A stretch of 64,000 bases of DNA from contig JBBRPR010000031.1 in NCBI GenBank assembly GCA_038227875.1, positions 1 to 64,000 on the forward strand. Reading direction: 5' to 3'. The notes beneath the pieces are model-generated. The model saw only the letters and a program-made list of their open reading frames with translations, had not been told where the DNA came from and searched no databases. Shown here piece by piece: positions 1-12,333 of the stretch; positions within the stretch are counted from its first letter, which is position 1; each line of letters begins with the position of its first letter. Made by a program: the position numbers and the translations under genes. The stretch is from Planctomycetota bacterium. GTDB taxonomy: Bacteria; Planctomycetota; SZUA-567; H5-PLA8.

Positions 1-138
1 CTGGATTGTAAACCGCGTCTGTCCTGTAGACAAAGCGGTCAATACGAAGCGAGCCCCTTGACGAGGCCGCGAAAGGAAGGTACGTTTCGGTTTCGGCTAC
101 GGACGTTCAACCAATTTCAACAACGGATGGGACATCCG
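1..138 (-). mobile_element. possible terminal end of an insertion sequence (IS256-like terminus?) abutting the helicase gene
   Basis: The helicase frame has stops at 9-11 and 27-29. The minus strand starts GGATGTCCCATCCGTTGTTGAAATT, which from memory resembles some IS256-family termini (unverified). A leftward sigma70-like promoter is present: TTGTCT (33-28), 17 bp, TACAAT (10-5). Confidence 0.3.
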
Positions 139-146
139 CTACGATT

Positions 147-3100
147 ATGTCGATGGCTTTGCGGCTTAAGACTGCCGCCAAAAGCCACGCAATTTTGGAA
201 CGCGCTTTTTTGGTGGCGGGAGAGTTAGTTGAGTCGGCAATTCACCGGGGCAACCAACGGATTGATACGGGCTTTCATCGTGTAACGGCTTCGATCGCTT
301 TTCATCTCGGCGGATACGCGGCACGCGCCTATTCGATACTTCCCACTCATCCGGCAATCGATAACCTTGCGCCAATCGAAAAAGTTTTAGTAGACCTGCT
401 GCGCCGAAATCTTGATGAGATGCGGCAATCCTACCTTTCTTGGATTAGGAATGACCAAAACTCAGATACCAATATAGCGCGGAAACTTCAAGACGATAGC
501 GAGTTCAACGAAGATGATGCAATTCACTCAATTCTGACAACCTCGTTTATGCGAGGCATTGCGCTATTCGATCATGCTATTACCACTGGCGATGCCGACT
601 CGGCATCGAAAGCCAAATCGCAGCTTGCAAACACCGCACTTGCCGCCGCAGATATGCGGGCAGTTAGCCATTGGTGGACATCGACCCTAGCATCACACCT
701 AATCGATGAACTGTGGCAATTTAGCTTGTACGTCCAAATCCCGACCTTGCCACCTGGAGCCGATGGTTCCAATACTTGGCAAAGTCTTCGGCGAGACTAT
801 ATACAACGCTTGCGTGCAGCCAAGAGATGCGCAGTCGAGCTGTGGCCCTCGCAATGCGAAGCTGCAAAGCGTGCAGTCAAGGAGTTTGATGATTTACTAG
901 TAGCACTCCCGACGAGTGCTGGAAAGACGCGAATCGCTGAGTTATGCATTCTGCGAGCATTGGCGGCAGGGAAGCGCGCGGTATACATAACACCGTTACG
1001 GGCGCTTTCTGCACAGGTGGAGCGAGATCTTTCTCAGACATTCAGGCCGCTCGGGTTTTCGGTCACGGCTCTGTATGGTGCGGCGGGGATTGAGACGGTC
1101 GATGCAAAATCGTTGAAGGAGGGAAAAATTGTTGTTTCAACTCCTGAAAAGCTTGATTTCGCTCTACGAAATGATCCTACGATCATTAATGACGTCGGAC
1201 TCGTCGTACTAGATGAAGGGCATATGTTGGGGCCAAACGAGCGTGAGGTGCGTTACGAAGCGCTTGTACAGCGATTGTTGTTGCGAACTGACTCCTCAAT
1301 CCGAAGAATTGTTTGTTTATCTGCACTCTTTCCAACACCGGAAGAAATGAAGGATCTTGTTGCGTGGATTCGGCAAGATGAGCCCGGGGAACCAATTTAT
1401 TCACGATGGCGCCCGACACGCCAGCGATTCGGAGTACTCAGATGGGCGCGAAATGCGGCTCGGTTAGAAGTTAAAGTGGAGGAAGAAAGTCCCTTTGTAC
1501 CCAGATTTGTTGAGTCGTGCGTGCCACCGGCCGGGTCTAGAAGACGCAAGAACTTTCCGGCTGAAAAGAATGAACTGACCTTGGCAGCCGCATGGAAGTT
1601 TGTCGAGCAGCAAAAGGAAGTTTTGATTTACTGTTCGTTGCGCAAATCAGTTGAAACACTCGGAAGGTTGGCAATCAAATGCATCAAGCAGGGCCTATTG
1701 CCGCCCCTGCGACAAACATCTCAACAAATCAGAGACGCCGTTGCAGTGGGCACAGAGTGGCTTGGAGGTGATCATCCGGCGGTTCAGTGTCTGCCATACG
1801 GCATAGCGCTTCACCACGGGGGGCTGCCTAGAGCATATCTTAACGAGATCGAAAAGCTTCTTCGTACCCGGGACTGCCCGCTAGTAATCGCATCACCTAC
1901 TCTTGCGCAAGGACTTAATCTTGCGGCAAGCGTACTTATTGTTCCATCAATATGGCGTAATCAGGAAGTCATTCCAGCTTCAGAGTTCGCGAACGTTGCT
2001 GGGCGCGCCGGCCGAGCGTTCGTTGATTTAGAGGGTCTAGTTCTCCACATTGTTCATGAACCCACCCCTGGAAAGACTAACTGGGCAATAAAGACTTGGG
2101 AACAGTTAGTAAGCCGAGCTCGGGGACCTCGGGTCAGCAGCGGAATATTGTTGCTTGCAAACAATATATTTGAGCAAATTGCATCCGTGAGTAACGCGCC
2201 ATTTGATGAAGTCGTTAATTACATTACTGGGCACGGCGACGCGTGGAGCTACAACCCTATCCTTTCTGAGAAGGACATTTCGGAAGAAGACTGGGAGCGA
2301 GATATCGCTTCGCTTGATTCGGCTATTTTGGCTTTACTTGATCCATCTACTGTTGACTCGGAGCTTGACCAATCGCTGGCCAATGTACTTCGCGGTTCAC
2401 TATTTTCGAGACAGCTGCAGGAGAAGACGGCAGCAATACAAAACCTGATTCGCGCATTCCTAGCCGCACGCGCAAAGAAGATATGGTCGGAAACTAATCT
2501 CAGTCAGAGAAAAGGTTATTACGCTGCGGGAGTCGGACTGCGCGCCGGAAAGTTTTTGGATTCAAACTTTTCATCACTTCTTAGCATGTTGTTGCGCATT
2601 GAGGCCGGAATTGTTGCAAAAAACGTCGATGATACCTGCAATGCGGTTGTTGAGTTCGCGGAGCTAGTATTACAAATCTCGCCATTTCACCCGCCTGCCG
2701 GGCTGCCTGCTCATTGGCAGGGCGCTTTGCGGGCTTGGATTAAGGGAGAGCCCGCTGCCGACGTTATCAAAACATGTGGCGACGACGGGGTAGATTTTCT
2801 TCAAGATGCAATAGCGTATAGGTTGCCTTGGGCAATGGAAGCACTTCGCGTACATGCCTTAGCACTCGGCGATCTGAAGGCTGTAGGGATTCAAGGGTTA
2901 GCGGCGTTAGCGGTTGAATGCGGTAGCATTGATCGAAGCGTAATGACACTCTTGCGCAACGGCCTAAGTTCGCGCGAAGCTGCAATTAACGCTGTTTCGT
3001 CAACATCCGCGGCTTTTTTCGACACTATTGAGATGCTTGTTTGGTTAATGTCCGACGACGTTCGAAACAAGGCTGCGAACGATGACTGGCCTACGAAACA

Positions 3101-3416
3101 AAGTCGTCACGCGTGGAAGGAATTCTATGGAGGAGAGACAAGGGATCGATATCAAGAATGGACGCGCCGGTCCATACAGGTGCCTGTCGATTGGGCTGGT
3201 GGTCTTCCTGAAGTTGGCTCTGCTGTCGTAGTTGTTCCCGAACAAAAGGCTCAAGCATTAATTTTTACCCCTGACTTCTTGCCCTTAGGAAAACTAGCTT
3301 TTAAAGAAGAGCCGATCTGGGTGCAATTGGTCGAAGCACACGTCTCCGCCGATCCTAAGTTCATAACTATAGAGTTTTTTGGCAATGTTGATTCGTTTGC
3401 ACCCAAGTTCGCGTAA
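147..3416 (+). CDS. Ski2-like DEAD/DEAH-box SF2 helicase, Hachiman HamB-like; N-terminus possibly truncated
   Basis: Motifs LWPSQ (Q motif), ALPTSAGKT (Walker A), LDEGH (Walker B), LSA (III), HHGGL, SPTLAQGLN (V), NVAGRAGRA (VI). Long helical N- and C-terminal extensions. Lower GC than the rest of the window and next to an integrase. Confidence 0.8.
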   Translation: MSMALRLKTAAKSHAILERAFLVAGELVESAIHRGNQRIDTGFHRVTASIAFHLGGYAARAYSILPTHPAIDNLAPIEKVLVDLLRRNLDEMRQSYLSWIRNDQNSDTNIARKLQDDSEFNEDDAIHSILTTSFMRGIALFDHAITTGDADSASKAKSQLANTALAAADMRAVSHWWTSTLASHLIDELWQFSLYVQIPTLPPGADGSNTWQSLRRDYIQRLRAAKRCAVELWPSQCEAAKRAVKEFDDLLVALPTSAGKTRIAELCILRALAAGKRAVYITPLRALSAQVERDLSQTFRPLGFSVTALYGAAGIETVDAKSLKEGKIVVSTPEKLDFALRNDPTIINDVGLVVLDEGHMLGPNEREVRYEALVQRLLLRTDSSIRRIVCLSALFPTPEEMKDLVAWIRQDEPGEPIYSRWRPTRQRFGVLRWARNAARLEVKVEEESPFVPRFVESCVPPAGSRRRKNFPAEKNELTLAAAWKFVEQQKEVLIYCSLRKSVETLGRLAIKCIKQGLLPPLRQTSQQIRDAVAVGTEWLGGDHPAVQCLPYGIALHHGGLPRAYLNEIEKLLRTRDCPLVIASPTLAQGLNLAASVLIVPSIWRNQEVIPASEFANVAGRAGRAFVDLEGLVLHIVHEPTPGKTNWAIKTWEQLVSRARGPRVSSGILLLANNIFEQIASVSNAPFDEVVNYITGHGDAWSYNPILSEKDISEEDWERDIASLDSAILALLDPSTVDSELDQSLANVLRGSLFSRQLQEKTAAIQNLIRAFLAARAKKIWSETNLSQRKGYYAAGVGLRAGKFLDSNFSSLLSMLLRIEAGIVAKNVDDTCNAVVEFAELVLQISPFHPPAGLPAHWQGALRAWIKGEPAADVIKTCGDDGVDFLQDAIAYRLPWAMEALRVHALALGDLKAVGIQGLAALAVECGSIDRSVMTLLRNGLSSREAAINAVSSTSAAFFDTIEMLVWLMSDDVRNKAANDDWPTKQSRHAWKEFYGGETRDRYQEWTRRSIQVPVDWAGGLPEVGSAVVVVPEQKAQALIFTPDFLPLGKLAFKEEPIWVQLVEAHVSADPKFITIEFFGNVDSFAPKFA

Positions 3417-3446
3417 GACGGGCCGTCCTGGCGAGTCTGGCTGGCA

Positions 3447-4931
3447 TTACCACTGCAAAGGCCATTTTCCCGCTCCAACCGGCGCCATGTAATGACGCCT
3501 CACTATATCTGGAGAATTTCCCGACCATTGTGCTACTTGAATCTCAGTGCATCCGGAATGGCCCATGGCCGTTGCAGCGCAATGCCGCCACTCATCTGGC
3601 CCGTATGACCAGAACTCATCTTCGACCTTCGGCTTGGACTTGGATTTGGCCGCCTGCCAGATTTTCTTCCATTCCTTGTGCCAGTTGCTTGCGCTCTTCC
3701 ATCGGTCGTTGGTGATCGCGGCCGTATGACGAACGAGTCTAGGGAACACCCATTTGCAGCCAGATGGTAGCGTAGCGAGGTGATCCTTTAAGATGTCGAG
3801 GAGCAGAGTTCGCTCGATCGGCACATTTCTCTCGCGGCCGGTCTTCGTCCCGCTCAGATGAGCTTTGCCGGGCTTGACGCGTTTGCCGCTGGCGCGGGAA
3901 GTGACGCGCATGTAATTGCTATCCAGATAAAGATCATCAACTTTTAGCCAGGCCTGCTCGGACCATCTCGGACCCGCCAAAATCGCCGTCGCAACCCACG
4001 CCCGCCAGTAGAGCCATGGTTTCAGACCGTCGAAGAGCGCTGTAAGCTGTTCGTACCGCCGGATGGCAATGATGTGTTCGGCGTAACGCGCAACGCCGGC
4101 AACCTCCAAAGTTTTTTGCATGGGGTTCTCTGACAGATCGTAAAACTTGTACGCCCATGTCAGGAAGACAGAGATGTAGCGCTTGTACTTTGCTTTCGTC
4201 GTTGGCGACAGTGGATCCTTAGATTTCTTATCAGCGCGCTTCAACCCTGCAACCCAGTCGTTGACATGGCGCGCGGCGACATCGCCGATCAGCTTCGTGG
4301 CGCCAAAAAAGTCGCGAAAGTCATTTGCGATCCTGATTACCTGATCCGCGTCCGTTTCAGAATGACCGGCGGGATAGTCCTTCTCGAATTTCCTGGCGGC
4401 CTCTTCAACAGTTGTCTTGCAATGCTTGTTCAGCTTTCGCTGATACTCCCGAATCTGACGCTGATCTTCCTCGAGTTCCCTCTCGAGTTGGATAATCCGA
4501 CGATCCTTTGCCGCTTCATCACGGCGGCGCTGGTCTTCCTCTACCAACTCGACCTTCACATTGCGGATGAACTTGGGAGTAACCTCTCGATCATCTCTGA
4601 AATACGCTCGCGCCGTGCCGATTGTTTTTCCGGATATCTTGGTTTCATTCCTGAACTCGCGGCGCCTTCGAGGTTTGCCGTAAAACAGTTCGACTGCTCT
4701 GTCATGGAATCGCTCGACCAGTTCATGGTCAGAATCCAAGTTCCAAAGCGACGGCGTCTCCATCAGCGTCTTGAGATCGATGTAGATCTGCATCGCTTCG
4801 GTCTGATCGATTGTCTTCAGACTATTGGTTGTTCGCTTTCCGGTCTTCGGATGGACCCAGGTGGTGTACCGCGTCGGGTAGTCGCCCTGCGGAAAAGGTA
4901 TAACGATGTCGTCTTTTTTGCGCCCAGCCAT
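3447..4931 (-). CDS. tyrosine recombinase / phage-type integrase with extended N-terminus
   Basis: Catalytic motifs GPRWSEQ (Arg), KTGRERNVP (Lys), DEWRH (HxxR equivalent), WSGNS...RRHY (Tyr). Core-binding region with TTKAKYKRYISVFLTWA. Adjacent to a tRNA fragment. Confidence 0.9.
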   Translation of the reverse strand: MAGRKKDDIVIPFPQGDYPTRYTTWVHPKTGKRTTNSLKTIDQTEAMQIYIDLKTLMETPSLWNLDSDHELVERFHDRAVELFYGKPRRRREFRNETKISGKTIGTARAYFRDDREVTPKFIRNVKVELVEEDQRRRDEAAKDRRIIQLERELEEDQRQIREYQRKLNKHCKTTVEEAARKFEKDYPAGHSETDADQVIRIANDFRDFFGATKLIGDVAARHVNDWVAGLKRADKKSKDPLSPTTKAKYKRYISVFLTWAYKFYDLSENPMQKTLEVAGVARYAEHIIAIRRYEQLTALFDGLKPWLYWRAWVATAILAGPRWSEQAWLKVDDLYLDSNYMRVTSRASGKRVKPGKAHLSGTKTGRERNVPIERTLLLDILKDHLATLPSGCKWVFPRLVRHTAAITNDRWKSASNWHKEWKKIWQAAKSKSKPKVEDEFWSYGPDEWRHCAATAMGHSGCTEIQVAQWSGNSPDIVRRHYMAPVGAGKWPLQW

Positions 4932-4959
4932 AACCCCAAAGGTAGCCGATTTGATAGAT

Positions 4960-5140
4960 TTTGCATAGAGTTTTTTTGAGCGATTTGCATAGAGTCAGGA
5001 GGCCGAAAACGCCCGTTTTTCATAGGAGCACATATTTTCATAGGAGAACGGACGGTCGAATCGCACGCGAAATCCAGCATAGAGTAACGGATTATGAGTC
5101 CCCTGCTCTCACCGCTGAGCTATGGGCCCGTTTCATAGAG
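4960..5140 (+). repeat. cluster of short direct repeats, candidate integrase arm-type binding sites
   Basis: TTTGCATAGAGT at 4960 and 4984; TTTTCATAGGAG at 5017 and 5035; AGCATAGAGT at 5076; TTTCATAGAG at 5131. Confidence 0.65.
5089..5129 (-). pseudogene. 5' half of a tRNA with CAT anticodon (Ile2-like), cut just after the anticodon loop; att junction
   Basis: Minus strand GGGCCCA-TAGCTCAGCGGTGAGAGC-A-GGGGA-CTCATAA-TCC gives the acceptor 5' strand, D arm and anticodon loop. No T arm or acceptor 3' strand follows. Confidence 0.85.
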
Positions 5141-5154
5141 GGCAGGCTTTCGCG

Positions 5155-5182
5155 AATATAGTGTGGGGTTACTCGTTGTAAA
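5155..5182 (-). promoter_or_regulatory. sigma70-like promoter of the tRNA fragment, pointing toward the integrase
   Basis: Minus strand TTTACA-16 bp-TATATT, about 25 nt upstream of the tRNA 5' end. Confidence 0.55.
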
Positions 5183-5422
5183 CCTGCCTTTTGGGCCGCG
5201 CGCTGCTCGGATTCGCAGCGGTGTTGACGCTCCACCCCGCGCAGAATTGCCATGCGATGTGTGCTTTTAACCACGTAACGAATTCGTTTCCGGTCCTCTC
5301 AACCGATCACTTGGAAGTGTTCACGGAATTTCAGTAACCGTGTCTGACTTCGTCTTATACACTCCACGAGCCTAAACGTGTGCTTAGGTGGATTCGCAAC
5401 TTTTTGAGGAGGAGAAAAGAAC

Positions 5423-5953
5423 GTGGTTAGAAATACCGTTTTGGTTGCAGTGCTGTTGCTGGGAATCGGTTTGATGCAGCGTGAAGTTTTCGCGGCCGCG
5501 CCGAATGAAGTTCATGTGCCGAAGAGCGCCTGGGACAAGCAGGATCTGTCGAAGGCGAAGAAAGGCGATTTTGTCGAATATGAAATGCCGGCAATGCCCG
5601 GGGCCAAGAGCCGCCAGGAAATCGTGGACATCGGCGATCACACGATGACCTATGAAACGGCAATGACTGTCGGCGGCAACAAGCTCCCGGCCAGCCAGAC
5701 GAAGATGATCTATGACGCGGCCGATCCGGCGCCCAAGGATGAGAAGACCAAGCTGGAGACCAAGGAAGCGGCGGACAAGGTGACCGTGGCCAAGGGTACG
5801 TTCGATGCGACGCGGTACGAGTCCTACAAGGACGGCACACTGCTGAGCAAAGCCTGGGTCAGCAAGGAAATCCCGGTGACCGGCCTGGTCAAGGCGCAGG
5901 ATGGCGCGGGCAAGGACTCCATGGTGCTTTCCGATTTCGGACGCGGCAAGTAA
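5423..5953 (+). CDS. secreted hypothetical protein
   Basis: GAGGAG RBS and GTG start; signal peptide (VLVAVLLLGIGL...AAA); high GC3 codon usage. Confidence 0.8.
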   Translation: MVRNTVLVAVLLLGIGLMQREVFAAAPNEVHVPKSAWDKQDLSKAKKGDFVEYEMPAMPGAKSRQEIVDIGDHTMTYETAMTVGGNKLPASQTKMIYDAADPAPKDEKTKLETKEAADKVTVAKGTFDATRYESYKDGTLLSKAWVSKEIPVTGLVKAQDGAGKDSMVLSDFGRGK

Positions 5954-5982
5954 TCCGCATTAAAATATATCCACAGCCGTGA

Positions 5983-6020
5983 GCAGAACGGACCGGACGT
6001 GATCGGTCCGTTCTGCGTTT
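5983..6020. terminator. hairpin terminator between convergent genes
   Basis: GCAGAACGGACCG-N8-CGGTCCGTTCTGC followed by GTTTT. Confidence 0.7.
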
Positions 6021-9207
<3,187 letters not shown>

Positions 9208-9233
<26 letters not shown>

Positions 9234-10455
9234 GGTCGGACAGCGCCTGCAGATCGTTCCAATCGAAGCTCACAACCTTTCCGTCCTTCACCACCGTCGG
9301 CCAGATTTCGTGGCTGGCCTGATGTTCACTCCCACTGAGATGCAATTTGGTATCGAAGCCAAGATCGAACTCGCCCAGGTTTTCAAACGCGGTGACGAGG
9401 CTTTCGGAATCGACGGCCTTGGCCTGTTCGAGCGCCAGGCACAGCATGCGGCCGACAAGATAGCCTTCAAACGAGACGTAACCCGGAGTGGCCTCTGAAT
9501 TCAGGGCATGAATCGCGCTCTGATAGCGTTTGGAGACGGCTGAATCTGCAACAAAGCTGGGGACGACCTGCGTGATAATGGTGTCCTCACTATTCTTGCC
9601 TGCTTCGGCGACCAGATCATTGGCGCCGACGAACGATACGGCCAGGAAGAGCGGCCAATAATTGTTGGCGTGCGCCTGCTTCAATAATTCGCCGCACGGT
9701 TTGTACGTGCCGACCATAATCACGGCCTTGGGCTGAATTTCCGTCAGCAACAGCTGCGAAAGTCCGCGACGGATGGCCACCGTGTTGCGTTCGTAGCCGA
9801 CCTGCACGATCTTCGACTCATCGGTCAGACCGTGGCGCTTGAGCGCTTCAAGGCCGCCCTTGAAGCCGGCCTCGCCGTACGCGTCGCGCTGGGTGAAGAA
9901 GCCGATCTCCTCAGGCTTCAGATGCAGCTTGTCGATCAACGCATCGACCATCGCGCCGGTTTCTTCCGCATACGACGCTCGAAAATTGATGATGTAACGG
10001 TCCGGCGGCGTTTTGCGCAGCAGCCCCGCCCCGGTGAAGGCGCCGACCAGCGGCGTGTGGCCTTCGTTGACAATCGGCACGGCGGCGACAGCCGTCGGTG
10101 TGCCGACGTTTCCGGTTACGGCGAGGACGTGATTTTCCGAAATCAACTTTCTGACATTGGTCGCGGCGCGCAGCGGTTCATAGCCATCGTCGAGGGCGAT
10201 CAAATGAAGCTTCCGTCCGGCGATCCCGCCATTGCGGTTGACTTCTTCGAGCGCCGCTTCGACGCCGAAGCGCATCTTCAATCCAATCTCCTGCGTCGGT
10301 CCGGTGAGCGCCGTCGACATGCCCAGCTGAATATCCATCGTGTCGGGCTTGTCCGCCGCGGGGAGCACCGTACAGCAAACTACCCCCACGAAACAAACGA
10401 TCCATCGGGCAATATGCAATCGAACAGGTTCAATAGTGTGGTGCGGTCGTTCCAT
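9208..10455 (-). CDS. periplasmic substrate-binding protein, LivJ/branched-chain amino acid-binding family; start uncertain (ORF open to 10530)
   Basis: [44 protein letters not shown]; hydrophobic signal segment; its stop overlaps the kinase start. Confidence 0.88.
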
Positions 10456-10565
10456 CTTAGACCCAAACCTCCAATACCCGTAAGCCAACCGAACCATGGG
10501 AACAAGCAAATTGCGGACATATTCGAGCATTTCGGCAAATTATCCCGACCCACCTGAGCAGACGT

Positions 10566-12143
10566 ATGGCGCGAAGCTTGCGCAACAAAGCGTGTCTCAT
10601 TATAGGGAATTCGTGTATGGCATCTTCCAATCCACTATTAAGAACCTGGCGGGCAGTCGTCGCGCTCAACTCCGTTCGAAAGGTCCGGAAGTCCGGTTCG
10701 GCCTCCTCTACCGCGCGTGAACGGTCGCGGAAGCATCTCGCCACCCAACTGGGACAGCTCAAGGGCTTATTTCAAAAGCTGGGGCAGGTGGCAGAATCCG
10801 CGTCTACGGACGACGCGATGTGCGACGTGGTCAATCGCGGAGCTGCGATCCCCGCCACACGCGTGCTTTCGATCCTGAAGCTGGCCTGGCGCCGCGAGCC
10901 TGAACGCGTGCTGGCCGAGATCGATCCACAGGGTCTGGCGGCGTCCCTGGGACAGGTTCACCGCGCCCGCTTGCGCAATGGCGCAGACGTTGCAATCAAG
11001 GTTCAATTCCCCTGTATTCGCGAGGCGCTGACTCAGGATCTCTCGCTGGCGCACACGTCCTTTCAAGCGGCGAAAATGTTCGGCCTGAAATTCGACACCG
11101 CCGAATACGACAGCGCGCTTTCCGACTCGCTGTTGGGAGAACTGGACTACCTCGCCGAAGCGGCCGCTCAAAACATTTACGCTCGGGACGTCCGCGCCAG
11201 TTCGCAACCGGTGGTGGTGCCGCGCGTCGTGGCGGAACTCTCCGGTCCGACGGTGCTCGTCACTCAATGGCAGAGCGGCGTGACGATCGGTGAAGCGGCG
11301 CGAATCTGGAGCCCCGAGGATCGCGCCGAGGCCGGACGCGTAATGCTGACGCATGTGCTGACGCAGCTCCTGCGTTTCGGCACGGTTCACGGCGATCTGC
11401 ACACGGGAAACTTTGCATTCCGGCGCGGGCCAGCGGGAATTGAATTGGTGCTCTACGATTTTGGTTCCGTCTGCCGTCTGGAAGAACAAGAACAAAGCGC
11501 TCTGCAGGATTTGCTTCTTAATGTTTCACGGCATCAATCCGACCCGTTGGACACCTTCTTGAATTTTGGATTTCGTCGTGAGTTCCTTTTGCCGATCGCG
11601 TCGCGCTGCAATGCATTTTGCGACTTACTACTCGAACCGTTCACAAAACCGGGACGCTTCGATGTCAATGCCTGGAATCTTTCCGCGCGGGTCGGCGCGG
11701 TCCTCGGCGATGACCGCTGGAATTTCCGCGCTGCCGCGCCCGCGCGCTTTCTATTGTTGATGCGGGTTTTTCACGGCGTCACCCACGCCCTGCGGCGACT
11801 CCGCGCCGCCGTCGACTGGCAGGCGTGCTTGGCGCAGGCCAGCATCTCCGCGGGTGTAACGCCGACAGTCTCGCTGCCCTTGTCCATCTGCGATCCGCTC
11901 GTTGCAACGGCGCTGGTGATTCAGGTGGTTCAGGACGGGGAGACTCGCGTGAAGCTCACGCTGGAGGCCTCGATGCTCGCCCAGACCGACGCGTGGCTGT
12001 CGGAGGAACTTGAAGCGCGATTGGTCCATCGCGGCATCGATGCGCGGGAGATCGCGAGCAAAGCCATCAGGCAGGGATATCGAAAAGGCGTGCTGTTTTC
12101 GTCGAGCGACGCAGAGAACACGATCTCGGTCAGGCTGGAGTGA
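10566..12143 (+). CDS. ABC1/UbiB (AarF) family atypical kinase
   Basis: KGLFQKLGQ, AASLGQVHRA, VAIKVQ, ELDYLAEA, HGDLHTGN, LYDFG. Confidence 0.88.
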   Translation: MARSLRNKACLIIGNSCMASSNPLLRTWRAVVALNSVRKVRKSGSASSTARERSRKHLATQLGQLKGLFQKLGQVAESASTDDAMCDVVNRGAAIPATRVLSILKLAWRREPERVLAEIDPQGLAASLGQVHRARLRNGADVAIKVQFPCIREALTQDLSLAHTSFQAAKMFGLKFDTAEYDSALSDSLLGELDYLAEAAAQNIYARDVRASSQPVVVPRVVAELSGPTVLVTQWQSGVTIGEAARIWSPEDRAEAGRVMLTHVLTQLLRFGTVHGDLHTGNFAFRRGPAGIELVLYDFGSVCRLEEQEQSALQDLLLNVSRHQSDPLDTFLNFGFRREFLLPIASRCNAFCDLLLEPFTKPGRFDVNAWNLSARVGAVLGDDRWNFRAAAPARFLLLMRVFHGVTHALRRLRAAVDWQACLAQASISAGVTPTVSLPLSICDPLVATALVIQVVQDGETRVKLTLEASMLAQTDAWLSEELEARLVHRGIDAREIASKAIRQGYRKGVLFSSSDAENTISVRLE

Positions 12144-12182
12144 TCATTCGGAAAAGTATGCCGTAGGACAAAATCGCGCGGG

Positions 12183-12198
12183 GGGCATACCAGTTGCA
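12183..12198 (+). promoter_or_regulatory. putative sigma54 (-24/-12) promoter of the chemosensory operon
   Basis: GGGCATACCAGTTGCA matches TGGCACG-N4-TTGCW with exact GG/GC spacing, about 135 nt upstream of the MCP start. Confidence 0.5.
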
Positions 12199-12333
12199 AT
12201 GAGGCCAGGTGCTTGTTCATCGGCGAGCACGCAATTCTCAAATGCAGGAATAGTTTAACGAATGAACGGGCCACGCAGTGGGGCGAGCCCGAGTACTGGC
12301 AAGCACAAACCATATCAAACTCTGGAGAAAAAC

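Noticed and set aside
5040..5129. Intact or intron-containing tRNA-CAT
   Set aside because: GATTCGACC downstream has no pairing T stem, no acceptor 3' strand follows, and the break is not directly at the anticodon as in known tRNA group I introns.
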